A stretch of DNA of 64,000 bases, taken from contig MQRK01238503.1 of NCBI GenBank assembly GCA_001938485.1, positions 1-64,000 of the forward strand, written 5' to 3'. The position numbers were made by a program, and so were the translations under genes. Positions 52,254 to 64,000 of the stretch are shown here, one piece after another; position 1 is the first letter of the stretch, and the number at the start of each line of letters is the position of its first letter. This DNA is from Girardia tigrina. Lineage: Eukaryota. A model generated the notes under the pieces. The model did no database searches, had not been told where the DNA came from, and saw nothing but the letters and a program-made list of their open reading frames with translations.

Positions 52254-53348
52254 TGGACAGGAAGCCGTGTCTCCGCGATATTTTAGAAAGAGAAGAATTG
52301 TTTCTCATTGTGCACGTCGGTTGAAAAGTGCTTTTCATTTTATTGAACAAAATATTCAGCGGAATCCCATCTCGTTTACGCAATTAAAATATGGCGATAT
52401 CCCAACCGAGAAAATGATGACATGCATCTTTATCATAGATCAACCGCACAATAAACGGGTGATTAATCGCCACCAAAATGTTGCGCTCCATTTGTGTTCG
52501 CAATCGATCCCTCAATTTTAATGAAGCTTTCCGCAACACTTTAATCGCATAAAGATTTCCGGAATGAATACCTTTGGTTTTTCGAACTAAATAAACCTGG
52601 CCGAATGATCCTTGACCTAAAATTCTCAATAACTGAAATTGTGACGGATCAACTTTTTCATTTTGATTCACTAATTCCGTCACATTGACCTCAGTAATCA
52701 ACTCATGATTGTCAAAATTAAAAACAAAATCCATTTAAATCGACANTGTTTCAAGTTTTCAAAAACTTATTTTTTAAATTGAATTAAGAGAACTCCTTTT
52801 TTTATTTAAAAGAAATTGGAAATTGAAATTGACAAATTCTCTTTTTTTAACGTTTTTTAACATTGAATTTAAAAATTGATTTAAATTTCACCGTTTTTGA
52901 AAATTGATTTAAAAAAATTGTGATCATTATTCACAAATAAATTTAACACATACACAACATACACACCTTCAGCCAATCCCAATCATTTACATTTCATTAA
53001 ACACAAACATACACACAAAACACGCAATCACATTCACACAAACAAAGACATACTTACATGCAAAGATTCATTTAATTACATAAATTAACAATGAGGCTCA
53101 CCACTTAGTTATACAATTATTTCCTCGAATTAATAGATCGATGAATATCGAATCGGAATCGGTGTCTGTTTTCTGTCGACAATTCACTCATTTCTTTTTT
53201 AATATATTTCATTTTAATTTAATTTGTTTTTTATTTATTTTACTTTTAACTTAATTAATTATTTAATTTATTAGGTTAATTATATTTTTTATTTATATTT
53301 TCCGGAAACTAGCAAAATGTTCGGTCAAATCAGCAATTCTCCGCTCCA
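52254..53348 (-). mobile_element. Cargo-carrying TGGA...TCCA element, copy B (1095 bp)
   Basis: TSD ATTAG at 52249-52253 and 53349-53353; termini and arms homologous to 5463-6400. Confidence 0.9.
52434..52734 (-). pseudogene. Intronless fragment of the p90 ribosomal S6 kinase (RSK) N-terminal kinase N-lobe inside element copy B
   Basis: [27 protein letters not shown]...[40 protein letters not shown], then unrelated sequence. Confidence 0.93.
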
Positions 53349-53749
53349 ATTAGTATTTTTGTTTATCTTGTAAATTTTGACATAGTAAAGGATTTGTTAA
53401 AATCATGTTCAAATCAATTTATATTCATAAGTTACTCAATGTACTCAATGAACTTAAGATTTTAACATCAGTAAAAAGATAGGAAATTTCCATTATAAAA
53501 TATATTTTAAAATATCACTCTAATTAATGAATATTTAAACAATTATGCTTCTTTGCTAACTACCACAAATCAGAACATACAGCTGGTGTGTAGTTTGAAA
53601 TTGACATTTAATTAAAATATTTGATACAACTAATATGGCATCTAAGTAAAGTTATTAATTTCATTATAGAATCCTTTGACATGAAACTTTTAAATCCAAC
53701 TTGTCTAAACAATTTGATGTAGAATTCAAAGCAGCAAACAATTAGATTT

Positions 53750-56700
53750 AAATCAAAAAATACCGGATATTCTTAAGAGATCAGACAAGATGAAGACTTA
53801 TTAAAATGACGGACAATGAACAGTATCTTACTAAACAAGAGAGTAGAAGAAAAATAAGAATGGATGATTAAGATGATGTGAAGAGTTAAAGAACAAATAG
53901 CAGGTGAAGGTCAGATAAAAGCTAAAAAGCAGCACTGAAAATAAAGATAATGAGGATACAAGGAAGGATGACTATGAAAATTGTGATATTGAGATTCCTC
54001 TTCACTATAAGAAGCAACTTACTGATGAATTAATGTTTGCTATAGATTTGTCTTAGAAATCCTGAAGTTCGCAAGAAACATTGAGTCATCTGGATATTTT
54101 ATCTACGTTAAATTGTCAAATTTAATTTTTTTGCAGCAGCAAGAGCAACATAGATAGGGGACATTACTCAATCTCTGCAATCTAATCTAATTATGATTAA
54201 AACTGAAGTCAGACATAAAAGTAATTCGAGAGGTAGTATTCCCTGAGATAGAAAAATAATCGAAAGCAGTACTCAAACGCAAAATGTTAAGTCGAAAGTA
54301 GACAGATTAGCTTAAATTGTAACTGGTTTTGACAATGAAAAAAAGTTAGGAATCATAAGACTTCAGACCGGAACTCGTGTTAAAGTACAACTATTAATAA
54401 CATTTCAGCTTCTGAGCTTGGGGCGATTGAATTATGGCATTATCAAAATGTTTTTTGACATTACTTCCAATAACACTGGAATCATTAAAGGGACTTGCAA
54501 ATTGTTTAAGTAACAGATTGATCGAAACTATAGTATTTCTTGTGACACCACGATATATTGTTTCACTCTCTGGTTGATGCTTCTATTAGTCCCCATACTT
54601 ATCTATTTAAATGATTTAATCTAGTAGGACCTAACATTTATCATAAAATTTACAGATCTTTCCATGAGTAATGACTGGAAAAACAATTCTAACTGTGGCA
54701 GTCTTTAGCATGTCATTTTGAGAAGCTCTTGCCATAGGTCACGGGAAGGAGATATCAAGAGATACATAAATTTTGATTATTGATACTAGTGTCATGACCC
54801 GCTTGTTCGTAGCAATTTTGAACGCTCAGAGCCCCCAGTGACTATTAAGGGTCAGTCACAACCCGATCTCAACTTATACTATTTATAGGCTGTTTTTTAA
54901 TACTCATTTAAACGCTAGATTTATTTATGGGTCGGACGCCTCTTCTCGCTCGACATCTGTCTGGCAGTGCCGAGTCTTAAGGGCCTGTGGGTTCGGATAA
55001 AGATGGGATGGGCTACGGGGCCCCCACCTAGCGGAGTGTCGCTCGGGGATGATTTATGCTTTATGTCTGTGTAATATGAGACTTACGGCAATGTTGTGTC
55101 CGCATGTGAACTTAATGCATCTTTTTGTTATGTTTTATTAACTTGTGGCACTGTGCATGTCATTGCGTAACTGAAGGAGACATTGTGTTAGGGCGTATCG
55201 TCAAGGGGAGTTATCTAAGTTTACCCCACCATCATGCCGTACCGGAACCGTTATCTATTATATAATTTGAAAGTCGACAATCAACAGCAGCTTTAACTAA
55301 CCCTACTTTGCTCTTATTCTATTGATGCGAATCTGTTTCTGTCTGTAGTATTTTTATCGATCGGCTTTCTATACTCGGCCCAATCCGTTACGAATTTATA
55401 AATCGCTTAATTCATAAACTTCCTATAGTATATTTTCGTGTCAAAATTATTCAATTCTTTAAAATTCACATCATTTATTTTAACTTATCGGTCCCTTAAA
55501 AATTATTATTGATATAAAATAACGTATAAAAATAAGAAGCAATATTCACGATTATCGGTACTCATTCTCTGTAATTATTGATCGTTTAATCTATAAAATT
55601 ATTAATGTAGAATTAACCGTTTTAGAAATCGTTTGATTCTAAATTCCGTTGTTAAAATAAGTCGTTTGGTAATATAAATTCTAAATTCTATCCTTAAAAT
55701 GAAATGTTTGAGAATAAAAAAAAATAAATTGTTCGAGAATAAACATAAATTTCAAAACTTGATAAAAAAAATTAAATTAGAAAGCCACAAGATTGCGAGT
55801 AAATTTATATTTGTTTGAATAAACTAATTTTAATTTATCACCGCGTAGAAGAAACAAACATCCCAGTGTTCTCCTCGCGAATTATATCATCCGGTATGGA
55901 CGCACTAACGGTCCCATTCCGCCCAGCCACGGCTCGGCGCGGTTGCCCCGGATAAATATTTCCATGGGTATCGACATTACGTCGATGATTATGAGGAGCG
56001 GTGACTCTCCGTCACTTTCTTGCGGCGTATCTAAGGACATTCCAGTTCGAGGCGTTAAAGGAGATGACGGCGGTGGCGACGGTCGTTTAAATACGAATTC
56101 TAAAAAGTAATTTACTGCAAATTCTTTATTCAATTACTAATGGGTTAAAATCGAAACCACATATAAATTAAATGCATATTCCCTACTTAATTATTCTTGA
56201 TTAAAATCGAAATAACACACAAGATTAACGGCAATACATATATTCAAATGATAATAAAAATTACGTTTAAAATTAATCTTTCGTCTACAACTGTAATCGG
56301 CCTTCCGGAGGAATACTCTTCGGTCGCTTTTGTACAAATTAGATTCGTTTATGGTACGATAACTTCAGTCCGTTAGAATTCTCCTTCAGCTGAGGGGTTC
56401 GTACTTCGGCCAAAATATTCTCGCAATTGTCCGTGTAATGTCTTTTAAATTGACTGGTGAAGGTTCGAAATGCGCTTTTATAATTAAGTAGTGGAATTTT
56501 TCTTTTTATTGTTGTGTGTTGTGTCTTTTTTAACAAAATGTCCATTCTACTTATAGGGTCGGAAGGACACCCCTGACTCCCACCTCAGCCAATTAGCCGG
56601 CTGTCTGGCTTTTTATTGTTGCTGGTTGGATGGCCAAGTACGTGTGTCCTTTAGAATTTTTGAAATTTTAAACATTTTTATTTTTATTATAGGACCTACT

Positions 56701-57800
56701 GCCCGTGTGCCGGCTTGCATACGCATATTATGGAAGTCGGTGTGCGGTCAAACGAGGACAATGTTACTATTTTTAAATTCGAGGGCTGATTCAGCGTAAG
56801 ATCTTAATTAACCTTTGTTTTTTAATTAATAATTTCTTGTTTTTCTCGGGGGCGTAACTTCTCTCGGGGAACCGTCACGAACTTGCGGGCGGCCTACAAA
56901 GTTTGGTCTCGTCGAGACCTTTCGCTGAAGGGTCGGCTGGCCTTCTAGGACCACCGGATTGTCCTGGAGGTGATTTCTTTGTTTTCTGTCGGAATTTTTT
57001 AATTACTTATTTCGTTTCAGGGTCGGCAATTCTTCTCAGAGCGTCGCAAAAGGGTATTGCAGGAACTCCGGGATTCTACGTCAATGTAAACGATAATTGT
57101 CGTAACTGATTACAATTTATTTTTCTTTTTCAATATATGTATTTTATGGTCTTTGTCTTTTCTCTTTTGTAAAATTGTATGTTATTTACTATAATAGGTT
57201 TTTGACCGCAACACTAGTCTCTTTTTTACATGAACAGCCATAATGGTTTTGTGTTTCAAGTGCTTACCATTTGGTGATGTGGACGATGAAAATTATTTAC
57301 ACTTTGATCTACTAATTTAGAAATAAAATTAAAGTCACGCCTAATGAATAAACCCCTCTGAAAGAATTTTTCTCATTTTCAAATCACATTTATATGAAAG
57401 TAATGATCGTCTTTCCTGTGACTTGTGATATTACTGAAGATGATTTTTTTCTTTTTCGAGATATCTCACAGTATGTTAGCATCAACAAGATATTTTCTGT
57501 CATAGCAAGAAAGAAGCTTTGAAAGACATACCTGGTATGCCAGGCTGAAGAATATTTCTATAATTTGATTTCAGTTAATATTTCTTTAGATCTGAAGAAC
57601 AAATCGTTCAAGCAAAGTTTTAGTCTAGTGGTAAGTAACTAAATTGATATAGTAACTAATCCAGAGGACTGCACTGATTAACAGATAAAATTACTACATA
57701 AGATGTTAGAGATTTCACTCAGCATACTACTCAGATTGTGTTGTTAGTGCCATCAAAGTTATAAATGTCATTGCTAGCCGTTCTGCAATAACAATGTCTA
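53750..57800 (+). mobile_element. Highly decayed hAT-like transposase split by a solo LTR
   Basis: FDITSNNTGIIKGTC left of the insert; AYHLVMWTMKIIYTL right of it (family motifs FDTTxxNTG and HxARWMxK). Confidence 0.55.
54790..57213. mobile_element. 2.4-kb TG...CA insertion, probable long solo LTR
   Basis: Termini TGTCATGACC / GACCGCAACA, 4-bp TSD CTAG at 54786-54789 and 57214-57217; no transposase or pol inside. Confidence 0.7.
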
Positions 57801-59270
57801 CATGCAGTAATACAAAGGGAATCAGAAAAGCAGAATGCTGTAGGTTACTGAAAACAACAGAAAAAAGTACCAAGTTCACTGAAATTTACTCTGAAGTCGT
57901 ACAAGACGCGTATTTCTTTTAGTAATACTTAATTCTTTCACTAACAGTGACGTACATATTCACAGAATGAGGTACTGAAACAGTAACATTCCACATGCTT
58001 TAAGTTTTTACATCGTACTAATTATATATTTCTTGTATACTTACAGTTATCAAAGTAGAAAAATATCGCATTAATATCCTTTATAAATATTGTCAGTTCA
58101 GATAATTATATAGAGTAAATGCCACATGTTTTATCATTAAGATAAAATTTTAGAATGTTGATTATAGATGATTGATACAGAAATCTAAATATATTCGTCT
58201 AAAAATATTCTCGATTTAAAATATAAAGTCTAATGGGTTTCGTAAATGTTCGGTCAATTAAAAATAGCTCCTTATTTGGTTTTTACGCTATTAAAGTCGA
58301 ATAACGAATGAGGGCTTTTGAGTTTTAGAATGTTGAGATCAAAAAGAGATGATCATATAAGAAGAAATTATCTAAATTTAAAATATTTTCATTGCATATG
58401 AAGTGGTTATAAAAGAACTCACTGTTGTAAACAAAAATATATTTAATGAACAATAGAACATTAAAATAAAAACTGGAATTTCGGCAAGTAATAAATGCGA
58501 TGACATCAGTTATTACTATTAGAAACGATCAAGTAAAGGAAATACATCAAAATGAATGTTTTCGCAATAATGACAAAGGATCAGGGAAACAAGGTGATAT
58601 GGTCAGCGAACTCCACGAAAAAATATAAGTGTGGTTGTTTAGGGATTTGAAGAGGTAATTACACGCTTGGAAATGCTTCGCTCAAAGTTTGTAAATTAGA
58701 TTGTTGGAATATTAATACTATAATAGAATTATGATTTCTGTCCTTCAGTCTGTGTGAAGTTCTTAGAGTTCAGTAAAACAAATTTAATTATTTTTTAAAA
58801 TGACAAAACAACCGATTGATCCGGAATCTACGCGACGAGGCGATTCCAACGATGTACCTCCGCCACAGATCCGACGAGGAGAAGTCAATGAATCAACGAT
58901 GAAAAGGGTCAACATAAATACAAAAAAATCAATATCAACAATACGAAACGCAAAGAAGGAAATATTATGAATTTGGAGTAAAAATCGATTGATCTTAGAC
59001 CTACTCGACGAGAGTAGTCCGAAAATCTTGCTCCGTCGCGGTTTAGAGAAGTTGAAGTTGGGGAATTCGGTAATAAAAGTATTAATTCATTTAATAAATC
59101 GATAAATGAATTACATTACATCACTTCCGATCTGCCCCCCTCAAAAATTAAGAAGAAAATCAATAGCTTATTTATTTCTAAGACTTTCGACATTAATATA
59201 AAAATAATTTATTTATTTAGTTAATTTATTAATAATTTATTCATTCAATTAATTATGAATTATTAATTTG

Positions 59271-61850
59271 TGTTGGGGCAGATCGGAAGTCTTTCCGTTT
59301 ATCCCGATATGCTTAATATATTTTACTAATTAATACTATAATAGAATTTTGATTTCTGTCTGTGTGAAGTTCCCGATGATGAAAGTGATTTTTTAAAGGT
59401 TTTTTACATTTTTTATAATTAATTTTATTTTTATTTAAACTTTTTTGTGCCATTATTTATTTTTATTTTATAAATATTATATAAAAAATAATTAAAAAAA
59501 TTAACAACAATAAAAAGCATTCTAAAAAAGTTCTATTTGTAATATGAATTAATAATTCATTTTTTAAATGAATAAACTGCTGATTGTGATTTAATTTCAA
59601 AAATATATGTTTCGAGTGTGACTTTATTCTTTCCGACAACAAGCTATCGCGGCATCGATGAAGGGGATAAAATTCACAGATTCGGTGCGACTGTTCAAGG
59701 GCGATGGAGATTTCGAATCATGGTGCGGTATATTTGAAGCAGTGGCAACCATATGCGGGATTGACAAGGCGAACACGATACCCATGATGTTAGAAGGCCG
59801 TGCGTTCGAACTGTTCTCAAGAATGGAGAGCAGTGCCCAAGGTGATTACGAGTAGGTAAAATTGACGCTAATAGATGCGTTCGGACCAGATTCAAAAACC
59901 GCTTATGATGATTTCCGTACGAGAGTCCTTTAGCACGGGGAATCGATTGATGAATTCGTGGCAGCGTTAAGGTGATCTGAAAAGATTGTGTGTCACGATC
60001 AGGAGCCGCAAGAGCCACTGCTCAAACAAGCCTTTCTGGTGGGTCTTCCAGATGTAGTAGCAAGGCACATCACATCGGAAGTGGTGAAGGACGTTGCAAC
60101 AACTAATTCCAGTTGCGCGTGCTTTACTTCGCACTAATCGACCAAGAGCTGGAGCGACTGGTGCCGCAGCCGTGTCGGGGAACGACATCGCCGGAAAAAA
60201 AGGAGATGCCGACTTCTGTAGTGGCATCAGAAGTCAATTTGGTAAGGGCGCTGAGATGGTTCAGGAAAGGCCACCGGCAAAGCGACTGCTGGTCCGCACT
60301 GAAGTGGGTGGCGCATTCTACGGTCGCACGCCGGTCCGAGGGGTGTTTCATTTGCGGCGCCAGGGGGCATTGTTGTAAGGACTGCCTATGCAGAGGCCAG
60401 CCGGCGGAAAACGAGTAGCAGGATTTCACGGTTGCGCGAGTCGGATGCCTACGAGGCATTGTGCAAAATTAACTATAATTAATGTGCTAATTGACGGGCA
60501 GCGCGTGAGAGCGCTCGTGGATTCTGGGTGTTCTACGTCAATGATTGACGAGAAATCGGTAGACTCAGAAAAAATAGATCGAGTTAATGAATATTTGCAG
60601 ACAGTTTTCGGTCCGGCAGTGGTAGAGTGAGGTGCTTGGATAAAGCTCGATGTAGAGGGCCGGCGATTATCTTGCTGGACCCTGCTCGCAAAGGACCTAA
60701 GCGAGATCGGAGTGGGTATACTGTTGGGGATAAATGTAATAACTCAACTAGGAAGAATCGTAATCGGTGGAAATGGAATTCTGTCAGCTTTTGGGGCAAG
60801 CCAAAAGAGCAGGTTCACCCTCGAAAAGGAACTGCAGTCAAACGACCACAACAGGACATTTGTATCGGAGTCGAATGGGGTTCCTAGTAACGGTCCAGAT
60901 CGAAAAACCGATACGGATTTCACTGCAGAATGTGACGGGGTTTCTTGGTCTGTCAAGTGGCATTGGAAGGTGGAAAACCACCCCCGGTGCATAATAGTGT
61001 GACCCAATACGCATCTGGGAAGATTTACGAAGAAGAAGTTAGTGCAGAACTTCATGAGTGGAAAAAGAGAGTGTGGTTAATGTGAACGCCCGCGGAAGCC
61101 AACACTCCCACTAATGGCAATAGTTCAAGAAGCCAAAGAGAAAGTCCGTCCGGTGCTCGATTTCAGAGAGATGAACGAGTCAATATCGAGACACACAGCA
61201 GAGAGTCTTGTCTGTGGATGCAAGATCAGAAAGTGGCACCGCATGGGAAGTTATTTGAAAATCGTTGATTTAAGGCGTGCATGATTGTAGATCAAGGTCG
61301 ATGAGTCGCTTTGGCCCTATCAGGTGGTGATACATCAGGGCCGATCTTGGTATTTAACTCGGTTTGGGTTTGGACTGAGTGTTGCTCCGAAGATAATGCA
61401 GAAGATGCTGCGACATGTGCTCGGATCAGACCCAGTAGTTCAGTCCAGTACCGACGCGTACTACGACGACATCGTAGTGGCTGATGGCAGTACTTAGCGA
61501 TTTGATATGGAGGTCAAACTACCGGTGGCAATAGATGGTGGCCAAGTCCTGGGATTGGCGGTGAAAGCAGCGGTAAACGGAACGCTTCAATGGTGGCGTG
61601 ACGGTGATGTTCCGGAACTTCCAGATAAATTAACTCGCCACAGTCTTTTCGTATGGACAGTACGGTTAGTGGGTCATTACCCAGTGTACGAGTGGTTGAG
61701 ACCGGCTTGCAGTATCATGAAGAGGGTCGCTGGTGGAGGAAACTGGGATACCGAGGTCCAACCGGAAGCGACTGCAATGGCAAAACAGTTGACAATGAGA
61801 ATCAAAGCAGAAGACCCAGCTCGAGGCCCTTGGGAAGTCCCAAAGACTGA
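59271..61850 (+). mobile_element. GC-rich LTR retrotransposon, decayed gag-PR-RT with candidate 5' LTR 59271-59641
   Basis: CFICGARGHCCKDC, ALVDSGCS, KVRPVLDFRE, TRFGFGLSVAPKIM, YYDDIVV, LVGHYPV..WLRPAC. Confidence 0.85.
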
Positions 61851-62394
61851 GATTTTATGTAATAATGTAGAATTATCTAGATCTCGAGAATTCTTTGTGA
61901 AAGGTGCTGTGTTAGATGAAAATATGCAGAAGTTATTAATATCCGATGATTTATTTTTATTTATTGGGGATAAACTGAAAATGGCAGAGAAAGATTTATT
62001 AATTTGTAATTCTTTAGTTACTGCACATGAAGGATTTATATGGGTTCGAATATATATATATATATATATNNNNNNNNNNNNNNNNNNNNNNNNNNNNNNN
62101 NNNNNNNNNNNNNNNNNNNNNNNNNNNNNNNNNNNNNNNNNNNNNAATAAAAGAACTCTTATTTTATTTTATAAAAATATATTTATGTATTTACAATTAA
62201 TTACAAATTCAAATGAAAGATTAGTGTTTTATTTGGCCCCTGGCCGATTTTATATTAAACTCCGGAGCCTTTGCGACAACTCGGGTTGATTGAAGTTTTT
62301 GTAAGTTTTTCTGTCACACTTTACAGCGTGTTTCTTTTTTTATATAAAGATATGAGAATTTTAAATAACTACACTTTATATACTAATTATTACT

Positions 62395-62750
62395 TTTGTT
62401 TCCTTTTATCTTTTAGACACTATTTCAGTGTTATTTAACCTCTATGTTATCTTTTGTTGCCTTTATCTTTTAGACACTATTCCAGTGTGATTTAACCTCT
62501 GTGTTATCTTTTAGACACATATCCAGTGTGATTTAACTTCTGTGTTATCTTTTGTTGCCTTTATCTTTTAGACACTATTCCAGTGTGATTTAACCTCTGT
62601 GTGTTTTTCATCATTTTACTCTATCTTTATATATGCGTACCGTTGATTGGAATTCTTTTGATCCGATCAATCGGTATTTAACGAACTATAAACAAGATGG
62701 TTGAACTATAATAGTATTTAACGAACTATAAACAGGATGGTTGAACTATA
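62395..62750. repeat. Tandem repeats: ~55-bp unit about 3.5 times, then ~40-bp unit twice
   Basis: TTTTAGACACTATTCCAGTGTGATTTAACCTCTGTG units; GTATTTAACGAACTATAAACARGATGGTTGAACTATA twice. Confidence 0.8.
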
Positions 62751-63279
62751 AATAAAAATTTGGTCGACGTCTCGGTAATCAAATAGTTTCTCTTAGAGAT
62801 AAACTTTTAGAATGATAAATAACTTTTAAAATTTTTACCTTTTATATTGGGTCATTAATTAACATTATTAATTGATTTTATATTTAATTTTAATTTATTT
62901 CTCTTAAATATTTTATTTATTTATATAAAAAATATAATTTTATATTTATTATCATAAATATTTCATCTATGAGAATGTAATTTGTTTAATAATATTTATT
63001 AATTTAAAACAAATACATAATAAATTATAAAATTTTGAGATATTCCCTCAACATATATATATATATATATATATGATGGAGGTGTTAAAATATTACATGC
63101 TGGATCTGTTTTATGGCATGTGGAAGAATGGAAAGACGAAATGATACAATGTACCAAGAAAAGCATTTTTAGTTTATCATAAGTATCAAAGGTAAGAGAA
63201 GTATCCAAATTAACTGATATATGTTCAATTATTAGATAAAATATGGATAACTTACCGGAAAAAGTTAAAAATGCCACCT

Positions 63280-64000
63280 GAAGATAATTCGGCAGAATAT
63301 GGAAATTTTTAGCAAATATACTTTAGACGTTGGTATCACAAACATTATCGAACATTCCATAGAAACAGGAGAAGCAAAACCAATTGCATTCAAACCTCGA
63401 AGGATTCCAATAGGTTTAGAAGAAGCTGTAAATACTAAAGTAAAGGAGTTAGAAGAGGCAGGTACAATCGGGCAAAGTAATTCTCCGTGGAATTTTCTAT
63501 TAGTAAAAAGAAAAATGGAGATGTACGATTATGTATTGACTACCGCGGATTAAATACAAAGACCGAACGTCAAATATATCCGATCCCAGCAAGCGAAGAA
63601 ATTTTCGATGCGATAAGAGAAGCGAAATATTTTTCTACGCTAGACTTATCAAGCAGATATTATCAAATCCCAAAAAAAAGAGGAATATATAAAGAAAACA
63701 GTATTTACAACAAAATACGGACAATACGAATTTACCCAAACGCCATTCGGTTTGTGTTCAGTTCCAGCTACATACAAAAAAATGATGAATCTTATTCTGC
63801 AAAGAGAAAACTGGTCAAAATGTTTGATTTATTTGGATGACGTCCTAGTTTTTGGAAGGACAATAGAAGAGCACAATAACCAATTAAGTTTAGTGCTTCA
63901 GAGCATAAAAGAAGTAGGTCTTAAATTGTCTCCAGAGAAATGTTGCATTTTGAAAACCAGTGTACGGTATCTCGGTCACATGATAGATGCGGAAGGGGTG
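63280..64000 (+). mobile_element. Ty3/Gypsy reverse transcriptase, frameshifted, runs off the window
   Basis: HSIETGEAKPI, SNSPWN, VRLCIDYRGLN, YFSTLDLSS, LIYLDDVLVF. Confidence 0.9.

Noticed and set aside
52254-52340. Tail peptide MKSTFQPT...SRRHGFLS resembling ribosomal protein bL34
   Set aside because: Spacing is wrong, the basic C-terminus is missing, and it is the element terminus shared with copy A
58244-58272. AAATGTTCGGTCAA motif like the family right end
   Set aside because: It lacks the CCGCTCCA terminus, TSD and arm; at most a remnant
62395-62750. Repeats as a CRISPR array
   Set aside because: The units are tandem with no unique spacers, the context is eukaryotic and there are no cas genes

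Overview
AT-rich eukaryotic (animal-like) genomic DNA with assembly gaps, made up mostly of nested and decayed transposons: Tc1/mariner, pogo/Tigger, hAT-like, piggyBac- and Chapaev-like pieces, Ty3/Gypsy LTR elements and solo LTRs, RTE-like LINE fragments, and Penelope fragments with hammerhead-like motifs. No intact host gene is evident. Host-type coding sequence is limited to a TMEM106-like exon, a degenerate locus with candidate 27-29 nt introns, and two intronless host-gene fragments (LSm3 and p90 RSK kinase). The main observation is that those two fragments are cargo in two copies of one ~1 kb element (5463-6400 and 52254-53348). Both copies have TGGA...TCCA termini, perfect 5-bp target-site duplications of the same site (ATTAG/CTAAT) and shared left and right arms. 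Each cargo stops where the vertebrate gene has an exon junction (positions recalled, need checking). This points to a mobile element family that repeatedly captures spliced host mRNA segments. All alignments were done by eye and no searches were run.
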